DNA from: Thermoplasmata archaeon
GTDB lineage: Archaea; Thermoplasmatota; SW-10-69-26; JACQPN01; JAJPHT01
NCBI GenBank assembly: GCA_034667685.1
Contig: JAXDQU010000079.1
Coordinates: forward strand, 33,891 to 97,890
Reading direction: 5' to 3'
DNA: 64,000 nt
The notes below the pieces were generated by a model. The model was given only the letters and a program-made list of their open reading frames with translations. It did not search any database and was not told where the DNA came from. Numbering within the stretch: position 1 is the stretch's first letter; each line of letters starts with the position of its first letter. Both the position numbers and the translations under genes were made by a program. Positions 9,905 through 18,899 of this stretch are shown piece after piece.

Positions 9905-10843
9905 TCAGGGGAGGGTGCCCAGGTCGCGGTCCACCACGTACTCACGGTGGCCCTCGGGGACCCCGTACCGGCCCGTGACGAGCGCGTCGAGCAGATGGAA
10001 GGACAGCGCCGTCATGGCCTGCGTGTCGTCCGACTCGTTGCCGTGGCCCGCCATGCCGTCCACCTGGACGCCGGCGTACCCCGTGAGGCTCGTCCCCTCG
10101 TGGCCGGGCTCGCCGCGCAGCACCTGGTAGTCGTCCGTCGGGATGCCCACGGCGGCGAGGGCGGCCTCCATCTCGCGGCCCTGGTTGGTGGGCACGAGGC
10201 CGTCGTTGGTGTCGTGGAGCAGGATGACGCCCTTCAGGCCGACGAACTCGGGGGCGCGGACCGCGGCGCTGCGCTCCAGGTAGGCCGTTTCCGCCGTCGC
10301 GGGCGTGCCGCCGCATTCCTCCTCGATGGCCGCCTTCGCCGTCACGGCGGTCGGGTTGCCCGAGGGGGAGAGCGCGGTCGCGCCGGCCCACGTCTCGTGG
10401 AGCATCGCGAGCCCCTCGTTGTCGACCCAGTACGTGAAGACGCCCGGCATGTCGGCGAGCACCATGCCCGCGACGGCCGTGCCCATGCTCACGCTGTAGA
10501 GGATCGCGTGGTCGAAGCCGTACGTCGCCAGGAGGTCGCGCGTCGCGGCCTCGGTCTGGTCGGCGCCGGCGCGCAGCGGGAAGGCGCTCGCGGGGCCGAA
10601 GTCCATGGCGACCGCGACGTACCCCTCGTCCGCGAGGCGCTGGAGGTGCGCGTCGTGGTCCACCGCCTGGTGCGCGTAGCCGTGCGCGATCACCACGAGG
10701 CCCAACGGCGCGCCGACGGGCACCGCGAGACGGCCGTGCGCGCCCCCGACGAAGTAGTCCGAGACGCCCGCCGCGGGCGCGCCGGCATGGAGCGCGGGCA
10801 CCAGGAGGACGAGGGCGATCGCGGCGGCGGGGGCGGCGCGCAT
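9905..10843 (-). CDS. Secreted alpha/beta hydrolase (dienelactone hydrolase or S9-like)
   Basis: Start taken at the internal Met [20 protein letters not shown] of ORF 9905..11884. Nucleophile elbow YSVSMGTA and an HGYAHQ segment are present. The upstream 347 codons run antisense over terC and are spurious. Confidence 0.7.
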   Translation of the reverse strand: MRAAPAAAIALVLLVPALHAGAPAAGVSDYFVGGAHGRLAVPVGAPLGLVVIAHGYAHQAVDHDAHLQRLADEGYVAVAMDFGPASAFPLRAGADQTEAATRDLLATYGFDHAILYSVSMGTAVAGMVLADMPGVFTYWVDNEGLAMLHETWAGATALSPSGNPTAVTAKAAIEEECGGTPATAETAYLERSAAVRAPEFVGLKGVILLHDTNDGLVPTNQGREMEAALAAVGIPTDDYQVLRGEPGHEGTSLTGYAGVQVDGMAGHGNESDDTQAMTALSFHLLDALVTGRYGVPEGHREYVVDRDLGTLP

Positions 10844-10887
10844 GGGCGCGCAGCCGGGGCTCCGGCCTTGAGTCGTTTCGTGGCAGC

Positions 10888-11652
10888 CTAGTCGGAAGCG
10901 CCGCGCGCCGGCTTGCGCGCATACTCGAGGATCGCCTTGACGACGACGGGCAGGACGATGACGCAGAGCGTGACGGCGACGCTCACGATGCGCTCGATGT
11001 GCTCGTCCACGAGCGGCGCGCCCTTCCACATCTCCCAGGCCGTGAGCACGAGGAGCTTGAGGCCGACGTAGCCCACCGCCACGTAGGCGAGGCTCTCCAG
11101 CGCGGGGAACCAGTCCATCAGCCTGCCCACGTAGTACGCCGCGATCCGCAGCAGCAGGATGCCCGTGAACGAGGCGGCGATGATGATGAGGACCTTCTGC
11201 GAGAGAGCGACCGCCACGAGCACCTGGTCGAGCGCGAAGGCGAGGTCGGCCAGCTCCACGGCCACCACGAGGCTCCAGAACGCCGAGAGGAAGAGCCACC
11301 GCTTCTGGCTGAAGGTCGGCGCCTCGTGCCCCGGCGCGCCCCCTTCGTGCTTGCGGATGTTGACGAAGTGGCTCCCGCAGAGGTAGAGCAGGTAGCCGCC
11401 GCCGATGAGCTTCAGGACGGGGTACTGGATGATCACGCTCGCGAAGAGGATGACCGTCGCGCGGAGCACGTACGCGCCGCCCAGGCCGTAGAGGAGCGCC
11501 TTGCGCCGCTGCTCCTCGGGGAGCCGGCGGACCATCGCCGCCAGGATCGCGGCGTTGTCGAACGACAACACGCCCTCCAGGAAGAGGAGCGTGAAGTACA
11601 CCACGAGGTCCACGGGCTCGAACTGGTACGACGTGATGAATTCGAAGACCAT
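10888..11652 (-). CDS. TerC family integral membrane protein
   Basis: Characteristic TerC helices and the [11 protein letters not shown] motif. Confidence 0.85.
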   Translation of the reverse strand: MVFEFITSYQFEPVDLVVYFTLLFLEGVLSFDNAAILAAMVRRLPEEQRRKALLYGLGGAYVLRATVILFASVIIQYPVLKLIGGGYLLYLCGSHFVNIRKHEGGAPGHEAPTFSQKRWLFLSAFWSLVVAVELADLAFALDQVLVAVALSQKVLIIIAASFTGILLLRIAAYYVGRLMDWFPALESLAYVAVGYVGLKLLVLTAWEMWKGAPLVDEHIERIVSVAVTLCVIVLPVVVKAILEYARKPARGASD

Positions 11653-11725
11653 TCAGGCCAAGCTCGGGAGGAGGCTGCACCCTGCAAAGCCGCTGATAAG
11701 CTTGCCTGGAAGGTTCCCAGCGCCT

Positions 11726-11840
11726 CCGGCGAAGGGAACTGGGGAAGAAGGGAAGGCGAGGGAAGAAGGGAGCCTTGCAATGGGGCCCTTCTTCCCTCCG
11801 CTTCCCTTCTTCCCCAGTTCCGCCGCTTCCCTTCGGCGGG
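11726..11840. repeat. Long hairpin of about 115 nt with stems built from GGGAAGAA/GGGAAGG units
   Basis: ggaactggggaagaagggaaggcgagggaagaaggga ... cccttcttccctccgcttcccttcttccccagttcc. It lies between divergent terC and rps10. An AT-rich TTATATGG box follows at 11872-11882. Confidence 0.7.
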
Positions 11841-12006
11841 CTCCCCCCGCCTCCCCGCGAATCGTTATATGGGGGTCCTGGCATCGCCGCGGCAGCGCGA
11901 GCACGCGCGTCCCCGGACGCACGGCGCGGTGAAGACCCCTCGGGGCCCCATCCCGCGCACGACGCCCCGAGCCCCGGACGCGGGACCTCGCGCCGAAGGA
12001 ATCGTC

Positions 12007-12318
12007 ATGGCTCACACCGCCCGCATCAGCCTCGCCGGCAACGACCCCAAGAAGATCGACGGCGTCGCAGGCCAGATCAAGACCATCGCGGAGCGCACCG
12101 GCGTCCGCATCGCCGGCCCAATCCCGCTCCCGACGCGCCGCCTCAACATCCCCGTCCGCAAGGCGCCCAACGGCTCCGGCTCGGAGACGTACGACCACTG
12201 GGAGATGCGCATCCACAAGCGCCTCATCGACATCGACGCGGACGAGCGCGCCCTGCGCCAGCTCATGCGCATCCAGGTCCCCGACTCGGTGAACATCGAG
12301 ATCGTTCTGAGGACCTGA
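12007..12318 (+). CDS. rps10: 30S ribosomal protein S10 (uS10), archaeal/eukaryotic type
   Basis: [41 protein letters not shown] carries the GSGS insertion and [14 protein letters not shown] block of archaeal S10 and eukaryotic S20, which bacterial S10 lacks. ATG at 12007. Confidence 0.9.
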   Translation: MAHTARISLAGNDPKKIDGVAGQIKTIAERTGVRIAGPIPLPTRRLNIPVRKAPNGSGSETYDHWEMRIHKRLIDIDADERALRQLMRIQVPDSVNIEIVLRT

Positions 12319-12650
12319 GCCGCAGCGAAGGCCGAAGAACGGTCTCGATAGGCCGGACCGAAGTCCGGCCGTGTCGAGATCGTCCTGCGCACCTGAAATC
12401 CCATGCTCGGGTCCGGCTGGGGCTCCGCCCCAGACCCCGCGATGCGGAGCGCGCGGAGACAGCCTGACACATTCACCTCGTCCGTCGCGGCCTCCGCGCG
12501 CCTCGCATCGCGGTCCAGGGCGGAGCCCTGGCTGCCCGTCTGGACGCCGGCCCTGCGCTCCATTCTTCATCTCCCCTGTCGATTCCCGCCGAGTCGGACG
12601 AGGGACGTGAGGCGACATTTCATATCGAGGACGCGACGCACTTCCGCCGC

Positions 12651-12860
12651 ATGGCCGACCTGCGCGCCTTCCTGGGAAGCAAGTGCCCCTCCTGCCGGAA
12701 CGACATCCTCCAGCCGGAGCCGAGCACGAACCGCATGCCCGGCCCGGCGCGCGCCTGGTGCCCTTCGTGCCACGCAAGCCTGAGCGCGGAGGAGCTGGCG
12801 GCCGGTCCCCGGCGCGGCGGCTTGCTCAAGCGCCTCTTCTCCAAGCCGTCGCGGACATAA
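12651..12860 (+). CDS. Small zinc-ribbon protein (CPSC...CPSC)
   Basis: 69 aa with two CxxC pairs. Weak, composition-only support. Confidence 0.3.
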   Translation: MADLRAFLGSKCPSCRNDILQPEPSTNRMPGPARAWCPSCHASLSAEELAAGPRRGGLLKRLFSKPSRT

Positions 12861-12897
12861 CGATAGATTTTCCCGCCCGGCCGGGGCTGCGCGCGCC

Positions 12898-13470
12898 ATG
12901 AGCCGCGTCGCCTTGCTGCGTGCCGGGTATGCGGCGTTCTGCGTCGCGTTCCTCGCCGTGGCCGTGACCATCCAGGGCGTGGGCGTCGCGTTCTTCCTCG
13001 GCCTGCTCGCCGCGCTGGCCGCGGGCTTCCTCCTGGCCTTCTCGCGGGACGAGCTTCCCAAGTGGGCCGGGCTCGCGCTCCTGGCGTACTTCGGCCTCAC
13101 GATCCTCGCGTTCCTCGCCGCCACGCCCGTCACGATCGACAAGGGCGGGGGATACTTCGTGAACGACAAGCCCTCCGCGACGTTCCAGGCCGTCTCGGGC
13201 TACCTGGTGCTCGCGTTCCCGATCATGCTCGGCGGCGCCGCGCTGGCGGCTGCGTGGGAGCGCGAGCGCGGGCCCAAGACACTGCTCTTCGCGGCGCTCG
13301 CGGCCTCCGTGGTCTGGGCGGTCCTCTCCTTCGCCCTCCTGCCGCCCAGCGCGCAGGCCACCGCCGCGCAATCGCAGAACCACCTGCTCGACCTTCTCGC
13401 CATCGTCGCGTGCCTCGTGGGCGCGGCGGGCGCGCTCTGGGCCGCGCTGCGCCCCGACGAGTACGCATGA
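12898..13470 (+). CDS. Integral membrane protein, hypothetical
   Basis: Six hydrophobic helices. An AT-rich ATAGATTTT box sits about 27 nt upstream of the ATG, consistent with a leaderless archaeal transcript. Confidence 0.5.
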   Translation: MSRVALLRAGYAAFCVAFLAVAVTIQGVGVAFFLGLLAALAAGFLLAFSRDELPKWAGLALLAYFGLTILAFLAATPVTIDKGGGYFVNDKPSATFQAVSGYLVLAFPIMLGGAALAAAWERERGPKTLLFAALAASVVWAVLSFALLPPSAQATAAQSQNHLLDLLAIVACLVGAAGALWAALRPDEYA

Positions 13471-14030
13471 TCGCGATCGTGCTCTACGAGGGCGCGAGCG
13501 CCTTCGAGGCCCTGGGCGCGCTGGCCGCGCTCCGCGCCGCGGACGAGCCCGCGAGGCTCGTGGCCGCCGAGGCGCTCGTGCCCACGCGCGAGGGGGCGCG
13601 CCTCGTCCCGCACGCCTTGGGCTACGACGCGCTCGCCGAGGCGCCGGCGGTCGTGCTTCCGGGCGGCGACGTCGCGAAGCCGCTCGCCGACGCCGCGCTC
13701 CTGCGCGCGCTCCGCGCCCGCCGCGGCCGCTGGCTCCTCACCTCGGGGGACGCGCTGCGCCTCGCCGCCGCCGCGGGGTACGCCGAAGGCCGCCGCGTCG
13801 CGACGCTCCCGGGCGAGCCCGTGCTCTCCGGCACGCACGGCGTGGGATCGCGCCTGGTCGCCGACGGCCGTCTCCTGACGTGCTTTCCCGGCGATCCGCT
13901 CGTCGACCTCGTCCTCCACTGGGTCGAGCGCGAGCGCGGAAGCCCTGCCGCCGCGCGCGCCGCGCATGCCCTCGGGCGCGAGCTGCGCACGTTCGCGGAA
14001 GGCGCGAAGGATGATGCGCCCGCGGCCTGA
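13467..14030 (+). CDS. DJ-1/PfpI family protein (class I glutamine amidotransferase-like)
   Basis: MIAIVLYEGASAFEALGALAALRAAD...VVLPGGD. ATGA overlap with the upstream gene. Confidence 0.55.
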   Translation: MIAIVLYEGASAFEALGALAALRAADEPARLVAAEALVPTREGARLVPHALGYDALAEAPAVVLPGGDVAKPLADAALLRALRARRGRWLLTSGDALRLAAAAGYAEGRRVATLPGEPVLSGTHGVGSRLVADGRLLTCFPGDPLVDLVLHWVERERGSPAAARAAHALGRELRTFAEGAKDDAPAA

Positions 14031-14039
14031 TGGCGCCGC

Positions 14040-14495
14040 ATGCCCGTCGACGACCAGATCATGAAGACGCTCCACATCCCCAGGGAGGAGGCGCCCGTCG
14101 CGCGCTTGATCGGGATGCGCCTCGCGAGCGCGGGCCCGGGCCTCGCGACCTTCGTGCTCGACGTCGACGCGCGCCACCACAACCCGATGGGCAGCGTCCA
14201 TGGCGGCGTGCTCGCGGACCTCGCGGACGCGGCGATGGGCTACGCCGTGATCTCGACGCTGGCGGAGGACGAGACGTTCACGACGCTGGAGATCAAGATC
14301 AACTTCCTGCGCCCCGCGTTCGAAGGGCGGCTGCGCTGCCACGCGAAGGTCGAGAGCCGCGGCAAGACGATCGTGTACGCGACGGCGGACGTGCTCAACG
14401 ACGAGGGCAAGGTCGTCGCGAAGGCCGTGGGCACCAACCTCGTGCAGAAGCGGCCCGGCGCGACCGACGCGTTCCACCACCGGCCGCGCGGCTGA
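14040..14495 (+). CDS. PaaI/hotdog-fold thioesterase
   Basis: HNPMGSVHGGVLADLADAAMGYAV...GKTIVYATADVLNDEGKVVA, the PaaI family signature. Confidence 0.8.
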   Translation: MPVDDQIMKTLHIPREEAPVARLIGMRLASAGPGLATFVLDVDARHHNPMGSVHGGVLADLADAAMGYAVISTLAEDETFTTLEIKINFLRPAFEGRLRCHAKVESRGKTIVYATADVLNDEGKVVAKAVGTNLVQKRPGATDAFHHRPRG

Positions 14496-14497
14496 GT

Positions 14498-14512
14498 AGG
14501 GCCACAAAAGTA
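14498..14512 (+). promoter_or_regulatory. TATA-like box (AAAAGTATAAGG) about 27 nt upstream of 14540
   Basis: AT-rich island in a GC-rich context. Spacing suggests a leaderless vapB transcript. Confidence 0.35.
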
Positions 14513-14539
14513 TAAGGAACGGGCCACAGGCTCGAAGCC

Positions 14540-14812
14540 ATGCCGCGCGCGGCGACCTCCGGAGGAGATTCAAGCCAACCTCGTCGGCCGAGGAAGGACG
14601 TGGCCAGCGTCATGAAGAAGGTCCGCGTCACGCCGCAGGAGGCGCGCACCCTCGCCCGCCTCGCGAAGCGCCAACGGAAGACGGAGAGCCAGGTCCTGCG
14701 CGAGGCGCTCGCGCGCGCGGACCTGCTGCAACGGCGCGCTGAGGCCGTCGAGAAGCTCATCGCCATGATCGAGGACCCCAAGCCCAAGCGCGTGCCGTGG
14801 GGCCTCCGATGA
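14540..14812 (+). CDS. vapB: Ribbon-helix-helix (CopG/VapB-like) antitoxin
   Basis: KKVRVTPQEARTLARLAKRQRKTESQVLREALA is an RHH fold. An alternative start at the Met of MKKVRV (14612) is possible. Confidence 0.6.
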   Translation: MPRAATSGGDSSQPRRPRKDVASVMKKVRVTPQEARTLARLAKRQRKTESQVLREALARADLLQRRAEAVEKLIAMIEDPKPKRVPWGLR

Positions 14813-15174
14813 GGATCGTGCTCGACACGGGCGTGTTCTTCCGTCCCGCCGTGCTGCGCGAGCTGGCCGCCGCCGAGGACGCGGACGTCGTCGTGCCCGC
14901 GGTCGTGCTCGCCGAGCGCAGGCGGCAGCTCGCGCTCGCGGGCCGGCGCCCCGAGGAGCTGCTGGAGATCCTGGAGGGCAACGGCTTCGCGATCGAGCCC
15001 TTGGGCCGCGACGAGGCGATGCGCGTTCCGCTCGCCGACGACGCGCGGTGGCGCCGGCACGCGCGCGACGCCCTCATCGCCTCGCACGTGGGACCGGTCG
15101 ACGTGCTCTGGACGACGAACCCGCGCGACTTCCTCGCGTTCGGGCTCGCGCCGGCGCAGGTGCGCGGCGTCTAG
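14809..15174 (+). CDS. vapC: PIN-domain ribonuclease toxin VapC
   Basis: MRIVLDTGVFF...ADVVVPAVVLAE...LWTTNPRDF: PIN domain with acidic residues. ATGA overlap with the antitoxin. Confidence 0.75.
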   Translation: MRIVLDTGVFFRPAVLRELAAAEDADVVVPAVVLAERRRQLALAGRRPEELLEILEGNGFAIEPLGRDEAMRVPLADDARWRRHARDALIASHVGPVDVLWTTNPRDFLAFGLAPAQVRGV

Positions 15175-15204
15175 AACCAGGTTCATGACCTCCTCGGTTG
15201 CTGC

Positions 15205-15300
15205 GAGGTTTTTCTTTTCATTTTCTGCGTGGCGCTCCGCTTTCCGCCATCACGCCAAGACGCCAACAGACCGCGTGTTGGCGTCTTGGCGTGATGACGG
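15205..15300. terminator. Bidirectional terminator region: a T-tract (GGTTTTTCTTTTCATTTTCTG) followed by a perfect 21-bp stem hairpin (15248-15296)
   Basis: T-rich runs are the archaeal termination signal. The hairpin catcacgccaagacgccaaca / tgttggcgtcttggcgtgatg lies between convergent vapC and a minus-strand small ORF. Confidence 0.6.
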
Positions 15301-15407
15301 CAAGGGGAGCCGTGGCCCATCAGGCATTCCTCGCCGCGGAAGGGCGGACGTCGGGCGCAACCACGGGGGAATCCTGCGCGACTGCGACAGAGGTTGTGAA
15401 ACAGATT

Positions 15408-15626
15408 CTAGTCCGCCTTGTCGTCGCCGCGCGGCTTTGGCTCGCGGTTGCTGACGTTCTCGGGCCGCGCGCCGTAGCGGCCGGCGTGCGCGCTGCCCTG
15501 CGAGCGGCCCACGACGCCGCCGCCCGCCTTGTCGTCGCCGCGCGGCTCCTCGACGCCAGCCATCGTGGACTCGTTGCGCGCCTCCAGGTCCTCGAAGCCC
15601 CGGAACGAGTCGTCCGCCGGGCGCAA
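15408..15626 (-). CDS. Small acidic repeat protein (2x PRGDDKA), hypothetical
   Basis: 72 aa ORF downstream of the methyltransferase gene. It contains 21-nt direct repeats (15416 and 15529). Weak call. Confidence 0.25.
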   Translation of the reverse strand: MRPADDSFRGFEDLEARNESTMAGVEEPRGDDKAGGGVVGRSQGSAHAGRYGARPENVSNREPKPRGDDKAD

Positions 15627-15647
15627 GGCTTGCGGCCGATGCCTCGT

Positions 15648-16232
15648 TCAGAGCCGGCCGACGCGGGCGTGCCAGGCACGCGCCCCACCCTCGTGCATGC
15701 GCGAGAGGAAGCGCGCCGGCTCGACGGACTCCACGCGCCAGCCCTCGCGGAACGCCTGGTCGATCTCCTCGCGGCGGATCCTGCGCGGCCCGAGCGGGCC
15801 GGGCTCGGCGTCGCTGAAGCAGAGCAGGAGGAGCCTGCCGCCGGGCGCCAGCGCGTCGTGGAGGCTGCGCACGTATCGCGCGCGCTCCGCGTCGTCGAAC
15901 ACGTGGAAGAGGCCCGCGTCGACCGCGATATCAAAGTGCTGGTCGAGGCGCGCGAGGTCCAGCGCGTCGCCCACGACGAAGCGCGCCGCGAGCCCCCGCG
16001 CGGCGGCCTTGGCGCGCGCCTGCGCGATGGCGAGGTCGACGCCGTCCACGCCCCACGCCTCGTGCCCAAGCTGGGCGAGGAGCGCATGCTCGCCCGTGCC
16101 GCAGCCCACGTCGAGGACGCGCTGGCGCGGCGGGAGCGCGCGCAGGTCGGCGGCGAGCGCGGGCTGCGGCGCGCCGATGTCCCAGGGCGCGCCGCCCGAC
16201 TCGTAGGCGGGGCGGAACCGGTCCACGCTCAC
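15648..16232 (-). CDS. Class I SAM-dependent methyltransferase
   Basis: VLDVGCGTGEHALL (motif I) ... FDIAVDAGLFHVF ... GGRLLLLCF. GTG start overlaps the stop of the upstream Elp3 gene. Confidence 0.75.
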   Translation of the reverse strand: MSVDRFRPAYESGGAPWDIGAPQPALAADLRALPPRQRVLDVGCGTGEHALLAQLGHEAWGVDGVDLAIAQARAKAAARGLAARFVVGDALDLARLDQHFDIAVDAGLFHVFDDAERARYVRSLHDALAPGGRLLLLCFSDAEPGPLGPRRIRREEIDQAFREGWRVESVEPARFLSRMHEGGARAWHARVGRL

Positions 16233-17803
16233 ACGTCCTTCGCCATGTAGGGGCCCAGACGCGCGTAGCCGAGCTTGGCGTAGTAGGGTCGCACGCCCAC
16301 GCCCGCGGTGACGACGACGCGGCGCTTGCCAAGCTCGCGCGCCAGGTCCTCGGACTCGCGCACGAGCCGCGCGCCGTGCCCCTGGTGCTGATGGAATCCC
16401 TCGGGGTGCTCGCCCAGCGGTACCTCGCTGCCGAAGACCTTCAGCTCGCGCAGGAGCAGCGCGCCGCGGCACTCCTCGCGGTGGGCCGCGGGGCTGGGCT
16501 CGCGCAGCCGCACGAAGCCCGCGATGATGTCGTTCTGCTCGTCCTCCAGCGCGAGGAAGCGCTCGCGGCCGCCCGCGCTCGCGTAGTCGCGCCGGACGAG
16601 GCTTAGCGTCCCGACGCGCCGGCCCTCCTTGTTCTCGACGTGGCCCGCCTCGCGGCAGCGGATGCAGCGGCAGCGCGTGCCCCGCTTCGCCATCTCGGCG
16701 TGCACCAGCTCGCGCAGGTTGAGCTTCTTGACGCCCGCCTCGATGCGCGGCGTCGGGATGTCGCGGTCGATGCGCTGGATGCGCATCCACGGCGGGCACT
16801 CGGCCTTCGCCTCCGCGAGCAGGTCGACGCACTCGGCCTCCTCCAGCGCCCGGAACTTGCCGGCGGCCCAGAGCTTGTGGAGCGGCGTGCCGGGGATCAC
16901 GAGTGTCGGGTAGATCTTCAGCATGTCCGGCGCGAAGCGCGGGTCGGAGAACATCGCGCGCAGCGTCGCGAGGTCCATCTCGCGCGTGCTGCCCGGCTGG
17001 CCGGGCATGACGTGCGCGCAGAGCTTCAGCCCCGCGTCCTTGACCGCCTGGAAGCTCTCCACGGTCTCCTTCATCGTGTGGCCGCGGTGCGTGATCTTCA
17101 GCACGTGGTCGTCGATCGTCTGCACGCCGATCTCCAGGCGCGTGCAGCCCAGCGAGAGCGCGTGGTCGACGTGGGGCGCCAGCGCCCAGTCGGGCTTCGT
17201 CTCCAGCGTCAGGCCGATCATCCGCGCGGGCGCCGACTCGTTGCGCGCCTGCGCCTCGGCCAAGGTGGCGCTCGGCTCGCCCCCGTTGAGCGCGTCGAGC
17301 GCCCGCCGCACGAACCACGATTGATAACTCGGGTCGCGCGCGGTGAACGTGCCGCCCTGGACGATCATGTCCACCTTGTCGATGGGGTGGCCCGTCTTCG
17401 TCAGGTCGGCGAGCCGCGCCGCGGTCTGGTCGTGCGGGTCGAAGCCGTGCCGGGCCGCGCGGCGGGCGGCGGGCTCGTCGCCGGTGTAGGATTGCGCGGT
17501 GCCGAACTCGGGCCCGCCCGGACAATAGACGCACTTCCCGTGCGGGCACGCCTCGGGGCTCGATTGGATGGTGACGATCGTGACGCCGCTGATGCTGCGC
17601 GTGGGCCGGATGCGCAGGGCCGGCTCGACGCGGCGGCGCTCCTCCACGGTCGCGTGCGCCAGGATGTCGGCGTTGGTGGGCAGGTGGTCGACGCGAAGCT
17701 CGGCGGCGAGGCGGAGCTTCTCGTTCTGGACGTCGGCGCGGCGGAGCCGGCCCGCGAGGATGCCCTCGACGATCAGCCGAGCGAGGGCCTGCTGCGCTTC
17801 CAC
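16229..17803 (-). CDS. elp3: tRNA uridine(34) acetyltransferase Elp3 (radical SAM plus GNAT)
   Basis: Radical-SAM core CPHGKCVYCPGG, central domain and C-terminal GNAT (IIAGFVRLRE...). Elp3 is archaeal/eukaryotic. The start was set at GTG (VEAQQALARLIVEG) because the annotated N-terminus has no Met. The exact start is uncertain. Confidence 0.8.
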   Translation of the reverse strand: MEAQQALARLIVEGILAGRLRRADVQNEKLRLAAELRVDHLPTNADILAHATVEERRRVEPALRIRPTRSISGVTIVTIQSSPEACPHGKCVYCPGGPEFGTAQSYTGDEPAARRAARHGFDPHDQTAARLADLTKTGHPIDKVDMIVQGGTFTARDPSYQSWFVRRALDALNGGEPSATLAEAQARNESAPARMIGLTLETKPDWALAPHVDHALSLGCTRLEIGVQTIDDHVLKITHRGHTMKETVESFQAVKDAGLKLCAHVMPGQPGSTREMDLATLRAMFSDPRFAPDMLKIYPTLVIPGTPLHKLWAAGKFRALEEAECVDLLAEAKAECPPWMRIQRIDRDIPTPRIEAGVKKLNLRELVHAEMAKRGTRCRCIRCREAGHVENKEGRRVGTLSLVRRDYASAGGRERFLALEDEQNDIIAGFVRLREPSPAAHREECRGALLLRELKVFGSEVPLGEHPEGFHQHQGHGARLVRESEDLARELGKRRVVVTAGVGVRPYYAKLGYARLGPYMAKDV

Positions 17804-17863
17804 GCCGCGCCCAGGCCGTTCCTGCCAGAAAAGGTATGCTGCCGCGCCGGGAAGGACGCCACG

Positions 17864-18151
17864 ATGCGCGACGTCGGCGTGGACGAGATCCGAGGCATGA
17901 GCGTGCTCGACCGCAACGGGATGCGCCTGGGCCACGTCAAGGACGTGACCTTCGATCCCGAGGCGTGGCGCGTCACCGGCCTGCGCGTCGGGCTCGACCG
18001 CGAGGCCGCCGACCGCCTGCGCGTGCCCCATGCGCCGTTGCGGGGCGCGGAGCTGACGTTCGCGGCCGATCGCGTGCGCAGCGTCGGCGACGCCGTCATC
18101 CTCAACGTGGACGAGCGGGGCATCGCCGACCTGATGATGCGCGGGTCCTAG
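17864..18151 (+). CDS. PRC-barrel domain protein
   Basis: MRDVGVDEIRGMSVLDRNGMRLGHVKDVTFD...ADRVRSVGDAVILNVDE, two PRC-barrel-like halves. Confidence 0.55.
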   Translation: MRDVGVDEIRGMSVLDRNGMRLGHVKDVTFDPEAWRVTGLRVGLDREAADRLRVPHAPLRGAELTFAADRVRSVGDAVILNVDERGIADLMMRGS

Positions 18152-18813
18152 GCAAGGGGCCCCAGCGACTCCGCGAAGCCGCGCGAGAGCGTCTCCACGA
18201 GCTTCTCGCGCGAGACGCGCACGCCCTCCTCCGCGAGGCTCGTGACGCGCGTCGTGATATCGCCAGGAGGCGTGCGGAAGAGCCGCGCCATGCGGTCCTC
18301 GTCGCGCTCCACGATGACCGTGCCGTGCTGGAGGAGCGCCTTGCCGTCGCGCCGCTGCGCCCCGCCGCTGATCTTGCGCCCGTTCACCACGACGTTCGTC
18401 CCCTGCCTGCGCACGTAGCAGAGCGTCTCGCGCGTGTTGTCGGGCACCGTCTCGATCTGCGCGGGGAGGCCCAGGTGCCGCAGCGCGCGCACCACGCCGT
18501 CCGACACGAACGCGAACGAGCCGGTGATATCACGGGGGAGCCCCGGGTGGTCGAGCGGCAGCACGACGGCGTACGTGACCTCGCTCTCGTTGTGCAGGAT
18601 CGCGCCCCCGCCCGTCGCGCGGCGCACGACGTCGAGCCCCCAGGCGCGCGCGGCGTCGAGGTCGACGTCGGCCTCCGTCTGCGAGCGCCCCAGGCTCACC
18701 GCGGCCGGGCGCCAGCCGTACAGGCGCACCGTCGGCGCGCCCTCCGCGAGCAGCGCCTCGTCGCGCGCCATGTTCTCCCGCGCAGGAAGGGGGGCGTCCA
18801 GGAGGAGGCGCAT
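18148..18813 (-). CDS. Lipoate-protein ligase A / octanoyltransferase catalytic domain (BPL/LPL family)
   Basis: RKISGGAQRRDGKALLQHGTVIV has the ligase lysine motif. It is adjacent to lipoyl synthase. Start taken at MRLLLDAPLP. Confidence 0.75.
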   Translation of the reverse strand: MRLLLDAPLPARENMARDEALLAEGAPTVRLYGWRPAAVSLGRSQTEADVDLDAARAWGLDVVRRATGGGAILHNESEVTYAVVLPLDHPGLPRDITGSFAFVSDGVVRALRHLGLPAQIETVPDNTRETLCYVRRQGTNVVVNGRKISGGAQRRDGKALLQHGTVIVERDEDRMARLFRTPPGDITTRVTSLAEEGVRVSREKLVETLSRGFAESLGPLA

Positions 18814-18899
18814 GCGGGCCCACGAGGCGGGTCCGACCAAGAAGTTTCCTCAAGCCCGGCCACCAGAACGGCCAAGAGCGCGCACCTTGTGGCACGGAC

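Noticed and set aside
9942-10922. 326-aa minus-strand ORF overlapping the alpha/beta hydrolase gene
   Set aside because: It is in an alternative frame, composed of Arg/Gly/Pro, and has no domain. The hydrolase frame has a signal peptide and a nucleophile elbow
11653-12006. yybP-ykoY-type Mn riboswitch upstream of terC
   Set aside because: The structure is a simple long perfect palindrome of GGGAAGA units and lacks the conserved riboswitch loops and junctions. It also fits the hairpin class seen elsewhere in the window
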